Source: Chrysochromulina tobinii (lineage: Eukaryota). From it: DNA of 64,000 bases. The stretch spans positions 1-64,000 of the forward strand of contig JWZX01003273.1 in NCBI GenBank assembly GCA_001275005.1. Reading direction: 5' to 3'. This document shows positions 1 through 9,661 of this stretch, one piece after another. Every line of letters begins with the position of its first letter. Position 1 is the stretch's first letter. The position numbers were made by a program, and so were the translations under genes. Below the pieces are notes generated by a model. The model was not told the DNA's origin and made no database searches. It saw only the letters and a program-made list of their open reading frames with translations.

Positions 1-44
<44 letters not shown>

Positions 45-63
45 TCCCGCCGCCGCCGCCGCC
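1..63. repeat. (GCC)n trinucleotide tract encoding poly-Gly on the minus strand
   Basis: Directly visible GCC run with one interruption. Confidence 0.9.
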
Positions 64-1785
64 CTCTCCTTCGCCGCCGCCGACAACGCTGATGGTGTTG
101 CCGCTCCCATCGCCGCCGCCGAGGAACACGTCCATCTCTCTCGAGGAGCTAAGGAAGAGTAGAGCGGGGACCATGGCTCGCATTGTGAGGCAAACTTCCC
201 ACAGAGAATCCTCGTGCGGGTCTGGCGCCGTCCTGAGCACCACCGCGGGCGCCGTCCCGGGCACCACCGCGGCCAACCGTCCCACGCCGTCGGGCATGGT
301 CGGTGGCGCGAGGGCGACGCTCAGCGTACGCGTCAGGAGCACCAGCATCTCGCGCGGCAGCCGCGCGTGCGGGAGTGTGTGGGCAAGGCACACGGCGCAT
401 AGGATAGCGCCTCGCAAAGTGCGCAGCAGCTTGCGCCGCTCGCATCGCCACCGAGCCGTTGACGAAGCGTCATCACCTGTGGGGTAGGGCGCCGTGGTGA
501 GCGCATGCATGCAAGCCAGCGACGAAGCGGCGGCAGAGCGAGCGTCGGCGGCAGGTCGCGTGAGCAGCGGCGGCGCCGTCTCGAGAAACCCGCGGCACGA
601 GTCGCACGCGCTTCGGAGCTCGTCCAGAGACGCCTCACTCTCGCCAGCGCTCCCGCCGCCTAGTAAGGGGGCGAAGCTTGTAACGTCGGGCCGTGCGTCG
701 CTGACAAAGCTTGTAACGTCGGGCCGTGCGTCGCTGACGAGTCCGCACGGCCCGGCGCGCGCCACCTTGGGCGCACGATGTGACGGCGTGTCCAGCTCAG
801 CGGCTCGAGCGTCTGCGGCGCGGAAGGGGTCGGCGCGAGGCGTGGATCCTCCGGCGGCACGGCCCGCACCATGGTGGGCGCTACCACTGGCACCGCCGGT
901 GGGCGCCATGGTGGGCGCGCTTTGCAAGCTCGTGGAGAGTGACGTGAGGCAGCCAAGGAGGACGACCTCAAGCCGAGTCGAGGGCGACCCTTTCGAAGGG
1001 CCACCCGCCCCACCGCCGCCCCGCTGCTGCAGCTGCCGCGCCGCGAGGGCCTTCGATCGGAGCAGCCCGGCGAGGTTGGCGCGAGAAACGTCAAAGGGCT
1101 GCATCGCACTCAGCGCGCAGCAATAGTGCATGCATGCGTTGAACACGGCGCCGCGATGCGTGGCGATCACTGCGAGCTGATTGTGCGCGTTGCCGCTTGC
1201 GGGCACAAGCTGTAGCGCGTTGCTGTACAGCGTGTGCGCAGCTGCCCACCCATCCGACGGTGTGTCACTCGTTCCCTCATCGTCGTCGGAGGCCGCGGCT
1301 GCTTCGTCATCAGACGGGCTTGGGCAGTGCAATCGGCGGTAGCGCGCGATATCGCCAAGGTAAACGAGCGCACGGCCGCCGGCGGCCAGAGCAGCCCGCT
1401 CGAGCTCGAGTTGGTCGGCGCTGAGCATGGGCTGCTGCGAAGCCTCCCAATGGGCTGCGGCGCACAGAGCTCGCTGTTTCTGCTGCTGGGCGGCCACGAC
1501 ACTGCGCAGCACCTGGTTCGCGGGTGCGAGCGCGAGAAGAGATGCAAGCACGGCCTCGAAAAAGCGCTCCGCGTGGCTCAGCGTCGCCGCCAGCGTGGCG
1601 GCGGCTGCGGTTACAGATGCCTCTGTGCCGCCTCTGAGGAGGGCTCTTCGCTGCGCCTCAATCTGTCGGTGGAAGACCGTCATCCATATATCGCGGTCGT
1701 AGCTGCTGCGGATGGCCGCCGCGCGCTGTGCTGGAGAGACGTCGCGCCACTGCTCGGCTGCTGTCTCGACGGCAATGTCATTCAT
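1..1785 (-). CDS. EST1/SMG5-7-family TPR protein (NMD/telomerase-associated); 3' end runs off the window
   Basis: Not in the ORF track (no stop inside the window). Manual translation from ATG 1785 is open to base 1: MNDIAVETAAEQW...LVYLGDIARYRR...LYSNALQLVPASGNAHNQLAVIA...YCCALSAMQPFDVSRANL, matching the EST1/SMG7 LGDLARY and YxxAxxLxPxxGxxxNQLA motifs. Poly-Gly at the window edge. Confidence 0.75.
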
Positions 1786-2008
1786 TCAGTAGCGCGCTCG
1801 CACACGCACGAGTTCACGAGCACCGCGACTGCGAATGGACATGTTTCTTTTCCCGTCACACCGGAGTTTTTCCCGCCATCCCCGGGTCGAATGCAGAGCA
1901 TTCACAACAAAAAGTGAAGACCCGACTCACAGCGTCGCATACGCCAGAGAGTCTCCGACTTTCACGCGGGGCGTCCTTCATCAGCCCCGAAGGTCGGTCG
2001 ACACAATC

Positions 2009-3055
2009 ATGCGTCACCTCAGCGCGCGGCCGGCGGCCGCAGCAGCGGCGGCGACATTTCGCACCGCCGGCGCCAGCATGTCTGCACCAGTGCCGCTGTA
2101 CTACAATGACATTTACCACGTCGATCTGCCAAAGACGAGCTCGTTCCCGATGCAAAAGTATCGATACGTCCGAGAGGCCCTCCAGCGCGAACTGCCTTCG
2201 ACGCTGGCGACATTTTACGAGAGCCCGCTCGTCAGCGAAAAGGACCTGACGCTCGTGCACTGCGAGGGGTACGTCAGCAGATTTCTCGGTGGTCAGCTCA
2301 CCCGCGACGAGCTCCGCCGCATCGGCTTTCCGTGGTCGCCTCAGCATGTGAACCGTGCGCTTTCGTCGACCGGCGGCACGGTCGCGGCGGCGCACGCCGT
2401 CTGCCGCGCCGACGCCACGGCCATTTTTGCGGGCCATATTGCCGGCGGCACGCACCATGCGTTCGCCGACCGAGGAGAGGGCTATTGCGTCTTCAACGAC
2501 ATCGCTGTCGCTGCGGCAGTGGCACTGCGCGACCATGCAGCGCGCGTGCAGCGCGTGCTGGTCGTCGACTGCGACGTGCACCAGGGCAACGGTACGGCGA
2601 GCATCTTCGCTGGTGACGAACGCGTCTTCACCGCCAGTTTCCATTGCGAGGCCAACCTCTTCTCCGCGCGCGAGGTCTCTGATCTCGACGTCGATCTGCC
2701 GCCGGGCGTAGGGGACGAAGCATATCTGGAGGCGCTGCAAGCGCACCTGCCCGGCCTCTTTGAGCGCGTGCGGCCTCAGCTCTGCTTCTTCCAGGCGGGT
2801 GTGGACGTGCATGAGAGCGACCGGATCGGTAAGCTCAAGCTCTCTTCGGCAGGCATCAAGAAGCGCAACGCGCTTGTGTACGCGGCGGCAGCACGACACG
2901 GCGCGCGACTCGTGGTCACCATGGGGGGCGGCTACCCCAAGGATCTCGACGAGAGCTCCGTGCACTTCCATCGCGTGGTGCAGAGCCACATGGACTGCTA
3001 CCGGCAGTGTGCGAGCGCGCACGCGAGGTTGTCGCGTGAGGCTCCTGAGGCGTGA
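2009..3055 (+). CDS. Zn-dependent histone deacetylase-family deacylase (class IV/HDAC11-like, bacterial-type FPMxKY group)
   Basis: Motifs FPMQKY, GGTHHA, GYCVFND, DCDVHQGNG, AGVD, GGGY are all intact. Start placed at ATG 2009 (Arg/Ala-rich, organelle-targeting-like N-terminus); the ORF track starts at 1835. Confidence 0.9.
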   Translation: MRHLSARPAAAAAAATFRTAGASMSAPVPLYYNDIYHVDLPKTSSFPMQKYRYVREALQRELPSTLATFYESPLVSEKDLTLVHCEGYVSRFLGGQLTRDELRRIGFPWSPQHVNRALSSTGGTVAAAHAVCRADATAIFAGHIAGGTHHAFADRGEGYCVFNDIAVAAAVALRDHAARVQRVLVVDCDVHQGNGTASIFAGDERVFTASFHCEANLFSAREVSDLDVDLPPGVGDEAYLEALQAHLPGLFERVRPQLCFFQAGVDVHESDRIGKLKLSSAGIKKRNALVYAAAARHGARLVVTMGGGYPKDLDESSVHFHRVVQSHMDCYRQCASAHARLSREAPEA

Positions 3056-3165
3056 TGACCTGAAATCTTTCTTCGACCGAGTTTTAATAGACTGTTCACA
3101 CCTCTTGCGACCTTGAAGCGCGCGTGGTCTCCGGCTTGTCCCCCTCGGCCCTGTGAGAGTTTATC

Positions 3166-5163
3166 ATGAGCACTGACCCCCTGAAAGACTTGCCACCGAG
3201 CGTCATCGAGAGCCTGATGGAGCAGGCGCGCATCTCAAGAGCAAAGCAAGGCAATGAGGCCCAGCTCCAGGCGATCATGCAAGGCAAGGAGGAAAATACG
3301 TATTGCTCGCGGCAGGACCAGCAGCTTCTTGAGGAGTTTTTGGGAGCCGTACGCCACGTCAACGAGCCGCGGCCAGGGGCGGTCGAGTTCCCGGAAGCTA
3401 CACAGTGCCGGCTGTTCGGGCTCTTCGCAATTGCACAAAAGGGTCCGCCGCCCCGCGTGCCACCCGCTGGCGTTGGCGAAACCCAACACCAGGTGTGGTG
3501 TACGACGTATGCCTCGTTTGGGCCAGAGGGCATCACAATGGAAGATGCGATGCGCCAGTACATTGAGCTCGTCGAGGAGGCCGATCCGTCCTTCCTCTTC
3601 GACGATGACGATGAGGGCGAGGCAGTAGCGGCGACACCGCCGCCGGGATCGGCCACCTCTGCGGGCGGTGGCAGCATCTTCGACGCCATACGCGACGGCC
3701 GGCCTCTCGCACCGTTCCTGCCCGCGCATGCGAACGCCGTCGACGAAGAGAGCGGGCTGAGCGCTCTCCATCTGGCCGTCGACTCTGAAAACGAAGGAGC
3801 CGTTGAGTTGCTCCTAGCGGCCAGGGCACTGCCCGACGCGGTCGATCCTCAGCGATCGACGCCCTTGCACTATGCTGCGTTGCTCGGCTCGGTATCGCTC
3901 GTGAACCTGCTGCTGGGCGCGGGCTCTGACCCGGCGATGGTCGATGACGACGGCAAGACGCCCAGCACGCTCGCCCAGCGCGAAGGGCACAAGGAAGTAG
4001 CCAAGAAACTTCTGGTGGCGCTGGCCGCGCCAGCTGTCTCAGATGGGTTGCTACCGGGCCGCTTGCCCACGGTAGACTTGGCAGCGTGGCTTCATGGCGA
4101 CACGGACACGCGCGAGGCGCTCGCGCTCGCCTTCGACGAGGCCTTTCGTAATTGGGGCTTCTGCAGCGTGCGTGGCTATGAAGAGCTTCTTCCCGAGGCC
4201 GTGATCACCGAAGCACGCACGCAGGCTGTGGAGTTCTTCAAGCTGCCTGTGGACGAGAAGCGCCGGCTCGCGCGCGTGGACGGCGTGGTGGGCTATCTTG
4301 GACCGGGCGAGGAGACGGTGAGCGACTCGGTGGGCGCCGAGGCCAAGGTGGGCAAGGCGCAGGGCGACCCGACGGCGAAGCCACCAGTCAAAGCGGCCGC
4401 CGATCCAGTCGAATCTCTCAACCTGCCTGCCTACCAGGAAGCGGGCATCACTTGGGAGGCTGCCACTGCGGCGGCCTCGTGCCCGTGGCGTGCGGCCTCC
4501 TATTTGCCAATGAGCCCCACCGGCTTTGGGCCGGCAGCCGTCGCCTACTTTGAAGGCGTGACGAAACTGATGCTCGAGCTGAATCAGCTGATGGAGGCGG
4601 CCCTCAACCTGCCGCGAGACCATATGCACGCGCCGTTCGAGAGACCGGGCACGCTGCTCCGATTCGCCTACTACCCGCCGCAGCCGCCGAATGGCGGGGC
4701 GGCGTCCGCCACCGCGCCCGGGCTTCGCTATGGCGAGCACACCGACTATGACGGCTTCACGATCCTGCAGCGGGACGGCGACGATGGACTCTCGGGCGGC
4801 CTCGAGATCGAGCTGTCGGACGGTACGTGGGCGCCCGTCCCCTCGCTTCCCGGCCACTTGACCATCAATATCGGAGACCTCTTCGCGCGCTGGACGAACG
4901 ACCGGTGGCGGGCCACTCGCCACCGCGTGACGTTACCCAAGGGGACAGCTGCGGCGGCCGGGCGCCTTTCCGTCGTGTATTTCACGGGGCCCCACCCTGA
5001 CACGGTCGTGAGCTGCCTGCCGTCGACTAAGTGCAAGTGCCTAAGCGGTGGACCGCAGTATCCGCCGTTTAAGGCTGGCGATCACGTCCGTATGAAGATG
5101 CTCGCGGCCACGGCGGCCGCTCGCGAAGGCACGGCGAACGGCGAGGGCGGCACGCTCGTTTGA
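3166..5163 (+). CDS. Fusion: degenerate acyl-CoA-binding (ACBP) domain + ankyrin repeats + isopenicillin-N-synthase-like 2OG-Fe(II) dioxygenase
   Basis: ACBP-like RLFGLFAIAQKG...EDAMRQYIELV; ankyrin GLSALHLAV, TPLHYAALLG, DDDGKTP; DIOX_N LPTVDL...WGF; catalytic HTDYD, NIGDLFARWTND, HRV, RLS. Confidence 0.85.
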   Translation: MSTDPLKDLPPSVIESLMEQARISRAKQGNEAQLQAIMQGKEENTYCSRQDQQLLEEFLGAVRHVNEPRPGAVEFPEATQCRLFGLFAIAQKGPPPRVPPAGVGETQHQVWCTTYASFGPEGITMEDAMRQYIELVEEADPSFLFDDDDEGEAVAATPPPGSATSAGGGSIFDAIRDGRPLAPFLPAHANAVDEESGLSALHLAVDSENEGAVELLLAARALPDAVDPQRSTPLHYAALLGSVSLVNLLLGAGSDPAMVDDDGKTPSTLAQREGHKEVAKKLLVALAAPAVSDGLLPGRLPTVDLAAWLHGDTDTREALALAFDEAFRNWGFCSVRGYEELLPEAVITEARTQAVEFFKLPVDEKRRLARVDGVVGYLGPGEETVSDSVGAEAKVGKAQGDPTAKPPVKAAADPVESLNLPAYQEAGITWEAATAAASCPWRAASYLPMSPTGFGPAAVAYFEGVTKLMLELNQLMEAALNLPRDHMHAPFERPGTLLRFAYYPPQPPNGGAASATAPGLRYGEHTDYDGFTILQRDGDDGLSGGLEIELSDGTWAPVPSLPGHLTINIGDLFARWTNDRWRATRHRVTLPKGTAAAAGRLSVVYFTGPHPDTVVSCLPSTKCKCLSGGPQYPPFKAGDHVRMKMLAATAAAREGTANGEGGTLV

Positions 5164-5461
5164 GACTGAAAGAGGTGCGATTCCGACAACGGGGAAATAT
5201 GGGCGTGCATGCGAGGCCGCGGCGGCATGTATCATCTTGCGAAACGGATGGCGACAGTGGGAAGGGAAACACGTTTCCCACTGGGAAGGGAAACACGATG
5301 AGCATGCTGCCGGTTACAATTGCTACGAGATGCGATGAAAATTTGTATGTAATTGACGCCCATCCCCATGGAGATTGCTGGGGGTGCGCGTCGTGTGTTT
5401 CACAGCAGTGACTTTGTCAGCGTGAGAAATGACGAGACACAGTGGAAGTTGGAACTTGGAT

Positions 5462-6641
5462 ATGACGAGACTTCTTCCCGTGTTCCTCGCAGCCGTGCAG
5501 GCGACGGTGGTGCGCGAGGGCTTAGAGTATGCGCTGCAAGCCCACGATAGTCGCTGGCTCGTTTGCAGCGCAGATGCGGACCGACCGAGACTACTTCCTG
5601 AGGCGAGCGTTCCGGCGAACCGCACTTTCACATTCGTGAGGGTGTCTGGCAAGCGGAACACTGCATATCTGCGATTCGGCGACGTGCTCTTGACTGCAGT
5701 CGGCGGCAAGGACAGGTCAGATCCGCTGCTAGGTGCCCAGTTTCAGCTCCTCACCCGGCCAGCCGACGGCAAGGTGGCCCTCTCTTCAGCTGCCTATAGC
5801 ACGCTCTTGCGGCCTGGCTCGATGAATGCCGACGGCTCTGTGGAGCTAGAGCAAGGTGGCGAGGAGTCGGACGAGGCCGTCTGGTGGCGATTGTGTACGG
5901 TAGCACCTGATGGCTCGGTCTCCGACGCGGAATCGAATCAACAGTGCGCCGCGAAGCTGAAGCCCGTGCAGGGCTGCGAGCAATGGGTGGTCGCCGTTTG
6001 GATGGACCAAGGGAAGCAAGAAGGAGCCGCGAGCGACGGCGACGTCGACGGTTTCTGATTCCAAGCGCAAGAGCAAGATGTCCTCCTCCGCCTTCCGTGC
6101 CCAGCCGATGGCGGTGCGGGCGGCACGCGCACGCAGTCGAAGCAAGGTGTTCGCGGCGGCTGGCGCTCTCTTAGTCGGTACGACGGCGGCCATGGTGCCC
6201 ACTACAACGCTGGTTCAGATTGCCGGGTGTGCCTCGGCCGCCCTACGCGTCGGTGCGCTCAGCCCACTGCTCCGCCACTCGGTCTTTGGCTCCACTCTCG
6301 CCAGCACTGGCCAGGTGGTGGGCAGCGCGTTTAGGTGGCTGGTCGCGCATCCGGCAGGCGTGCTGCAGCGGGCGGTGGTGGCGGCAGCTTCGAGGGTCGG
6401 CACGGCGGCAAGCGGTGCGGCGGTGGCACTCGGACGCGCGCGCAGCGAGCACGAGCTGGGCAGCGTGCTCGCTGTCTTGTCTTGCCTCGTGTTCAACACG
6501 TACCTCGCTGTGCACTCGCACTCGCTGCTGGCGGCTGACAGGCCGCCCGACGACGAGCAGCAGGAGCAGGAGAGTGTTGCCGTGGCGGGCCACGAGCAAG
6601 GCAGCGGCAGTGCGACCCAGCTGTTGCTTCGTGACTGGTGA
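5462..6641 (+). CDS. Hypothetical protein: signal peptide, beta-trefoil/fascin-like N-domain, hydrophobic C-terminal half; frame discontinuity near 5944-5971
   Basis: MTRLLPVFLAAVQA signal-like; YALQAHDSRWL and FQLLTRPADGKVALSS are fascin-like by eye. The frame of ORF 6078-6641 is open back to 5961 and reads naturally (NGWSPFGWTKGSKKEPR...), suggesting one gene. Confidence 0.45.
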
Positions 6642-7162
6642 GCGCACAGCAGCGACGAGCTTGCGGTTGCCCGGGATTCTTGGCCCCGAACGTGCCCACT
6701 TACTGGCGTACTGGGAACAGACTGGTGAGCCAGGTCCGCAGACTTTAGAGCGAGGTACAGCCGAACTTCGGCTTTGCGTCGGCCGCGCCAGTCGCCGAGT
6801 TGGCCGCGCTCGCCACCCGCAACGCCAACTAATATCGACTGAGAATCTTAATGAGAATCCCCCACATGCCAGCCCCCACGCCCCAGACCTTCAGACGAAA
6901 TCCAGACCGAGAGTGAGACACGGCGATACATGTCGACTGTTGTGTGTCGTGTGTCGTGTCCGGCAGTCCGGGACGCTTGGACCGTTTTGCGCGTTTGCGG
7001 CTTTCCACATTCACGAGATGACTTCAGAGGATTCACAGGCCTTTTTGCATGTTGTTCAAGCTCTTCTAGTCTTCTTCCTCGTGGGCGAGCGACGGCACGA
7101 CGACGCACGCACGCACGCACGACCCTCTGCTTAGCCGCTCTTCATCAAGCCTCGGCTCGGCC

Positions 7163-8389
7163 ATGCATTTTCGTCTGGATGTCGAGGGGCCTGTCGCCAC
7201 CCAGAATGGCCGCTACTGCGAGTACCTCATCAAGACCACACTGGGCTCGCGGCAGTACACGACCTATCGCCGCTATTCCGACTTCAAAGCCTTGCACACG
7301 GCTGTCTCCCCTGAGCTCGGGCTCGTATTGCCTCCAAAATTGCTGTTCCATACCCAGGCCGCTCTCTCGCAGCGCACAGCGCAGCTCCAATCGTACTTGC
7401 GCGCGCTTCTGGCGTCCCTTGACGTGACGGATGTGCCGCGTGAGGTAGCACGCTTCCTGAGCATCGAGTCCCTGCCGGGAGCCTTTGACACCGCTGACTA
7501 TCTGCGTGAACGCATTGCGGCACTCGAGTGGCAAGTCGCGGCGCTCGAGAAGCAACTCATCGCAGCCATTGATGATGCGCGGGCTAAGGCGATGGAGCGG
7601 GACGCTGCCCTCCGTCGTGCCGAGGACTTGCAGGAAGCTGCGCTCGGGCAGCTACGCACGCTCGTGACGAGCGCGCCGGCCGGATCAGGGCAGCAGCTGG
7701 CGTTTCTGAAGCAGCTTGTGGCCGCGGAGAAGGCTGGGGCAGAGGAGGCGCGGCGTGTCGCGATTCGACTGCGATCGCAGCTGGCGCAAGTTGAGAAGCG
7801 ACTCGCAGCCCTGGCCATTGAACAGCTGCCTGGACTTGCAGCGTCGTCGCCGCAGCTCTCGCCGCCGCCGCTCTCGCCGCCGACGGCGCGGACGCCAGCA
7901 CCACTCCTGACGGCACGCGCATTCACGGTGCATGCCGCTCGACATCACGCGATCGTCTCCCGAGCGTCGTTCAGTGCACTTGGCCCTTGGCGTGGGCGAG
8001 GCGGAGTCGCTTCCACTTGGCCACCGGCGGGCAGCACGGTCGACGCACTGCCCGACGGCGATTTTCACGTGACAGCCTCGGATATGCTCGCTTGGTCGCC
8101 ATCTGAGGCATCGAGATCTCGGAGATCGTCATCGGAGGCGGCCGCGCTCGCACCGGAGATCGAGGAGATGGAGCCTACTTGGCTGGCGTCTGCTGCATCG
8201 ACCACTATTGCGCACTTCGGGAAGCGGCCTTCGTTCGGGCTGCGTCATAAGGCGGCCGCCGCCGCCAAAGTGGCAGCATCTGCAGCAGCGCTGTCACCCG
8301 CGATGGAGCAGGCATCAGGAGCAGCGGAGGATCTTCAGGAGCCGCAGAAGGCGATGTCGACGGCGTCAGCAGCAAGGTCAAGTGTTTGA
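7163..8389 (+). CDS. PX (phox homology) domain protein with coiled coil
   Basis: YRRYSDFKALH...LPPK...QRTAQLQSYLRAL...VARFL PX signature. Confidence 0.8.
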   Translation: MHFRLDVEGPVATQNGRYCEYLIKTTLGSRQYTTYRRYSDFKALHTAVSPELGLVLPPKLLFHTQAALSQRTAQLQSYLRALLASLDVTDVPREVARFLSIESLPGAFDTADYLRERIAALEWQVAALEKQLIAAIDDARAKAMERDAALRRAEDLQEAALGQLRTLVTSAPAGSGQQLAFLKQLVAAEKAGAEEARRVAIRLRSQLAQVEKRLAALAIEQLPGLAASSPQLSPPPLSPPTARTPAPLLTARAFTVHAARHHAIVSRASFSALGPWRGRGGVASTWPPAGSTVDALPDGDFHVTASDMLAWSPSEASRSRRSSSEAAALAPEIEEMEPTWLASAASTTIAHFGKRPSFGLRHKAAAAAKVAASAAALSPAMEQASGAAEDLQEPQKAMSTASAARSSV

Positions 8390-8612
8390 GGACAGATTCG
8401 GAGTCGACGGAATTGTCGCTCACATTCAGCAGTGTGGCCTTGCCAGTGTGGCCTACAAGTATGCATGATTAAAGTTTCTCTTGTGCTTGTGCTTGTGCTT
8501 GTGCTTCGCTCTGTTAAAAAGTTTTTCCGGAATTCGTCTTGGCCCCCAGTGAACACGTGTTGTGTGGATTCACATATGAACACGTGCGTCTGCGGTCTCC
8601 ATACCACAGCGC

Positions 8613-9164
8613 ATGATGGCGGCGGCGACGATTTCGTTGCTGTCAATGCGCGGCGCCCGTCCTGCGCTCGTCCGCTCAAGTCTCCTTCGCGCCGTGCACA
8701 CCGAGGCGAAAATCGCCGAGCTCGGCCTCACGCTGCCTCCAATGCCCAAGGCTCTCGGCGTCTATGTGCCTGCGGTGCGGTCAGGCAATTACATCTTCAC
8801 GGCGGGTCACATCTACTTCACGGATCCGACCGACGCAACGACGCTGAAGAAGGGAAAGGTAGGCGTGGACTACACGACCGCCGAGGCGGCTGATATTGCC
8901 AAAGGCATCGCGCTTGAGCTCATCGCCACTCTTAAGAATGAGGTCGGGGACTTGGATAAGATCAAAAGGATCGTCAAGGTCGTTGGCTTTGTCAATGCTC
9001 CGGACACGTTCGAGGAGCAGCCCGAGGTGCTGAACGGCTGCTCCAAACTCCTTGGTGCCGTCTTTGGCGAGCGTGGCGTGCACGCTCGAAGTGCTGTGGG
9101 CACGAACTCGCTGCCGCGCAACGTGCCCGTCGAGATTGAGCTGATCGCCGAGGTGGAGGACTGA
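8613..9164 (+). CDS. Rid/YjgF/YER057c/UK114 family imine deaminase (Rid1-like) with mitochondrial-presequence-like N-terminus
   Basis: YVPAVRSGNYIFTAG, VLNGCSKLLGAVFGERGVHARSAVG, LPRNVPVEIE. Confidence 0.9.
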   Translation: MMAAATISLLSMRGARPALVRSSLLRAVHTEAKIAELGLTLPPMPKALGVYVPAVRSGNYIFTAGHIYFTDPTDATTLKKGKVGVDYTTAEAADIAKGIALELIATLKNEVGDLDKIKRIVKVVGFVNAPDTFEEQPEVLNGCSKLLGAVFGERGVHARSAVGTNSLPRNVPVEIELIAEVED

Positions 9165-9661
9165 GGGCTTACACAGTCCCGAGTCCGTGAGTGCATTTAA
9201 TGTCATCACGCACACGCGCGAGAGCTCACACAGGCACACACGTGCGACTCGCGAACCTCCCTTGTGGAACAATTGTTGTGGAACCTATCCCTCCGTACAT
9301 AATTGTCGACTGGAGAAAGAAATCGCTCTGAGGTAAACGTTGCAGGCTCTGAAGATGTCAGCGCGCTACGTGAAAAGGCCCCGCGACACACTGCGGGCGC
9401 TCGGCCGAGGGGCCGACATTTCTCGATTCTCCCGCTCGCTTCGTGGTTTACACACAACACGTAAGCAGCACAGCTGTGAAAACAATACAGGGCATGAGAC
9501 ACATGCGGAGAGCTGAGAAACTGCCTAAAGCTGAACTGTTCGTAACAGTGCCATCTTGAAAATCGACGAAATAGGCAAGTTTCGCTCAGCTCTTCGCCGC
9601 GCTGTCTCCGCGGAACGCAGCAAAGGCAGAAGGTGCCTCCGCTGCGCAGCAGCAGCGCCGT

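Noticed and set aside
674..738. 33-bp tandem duplication in the EST1/SMG7-like gene
   Set aside because: In-frame slippage duplication in a low-complexity linker; ordinary.
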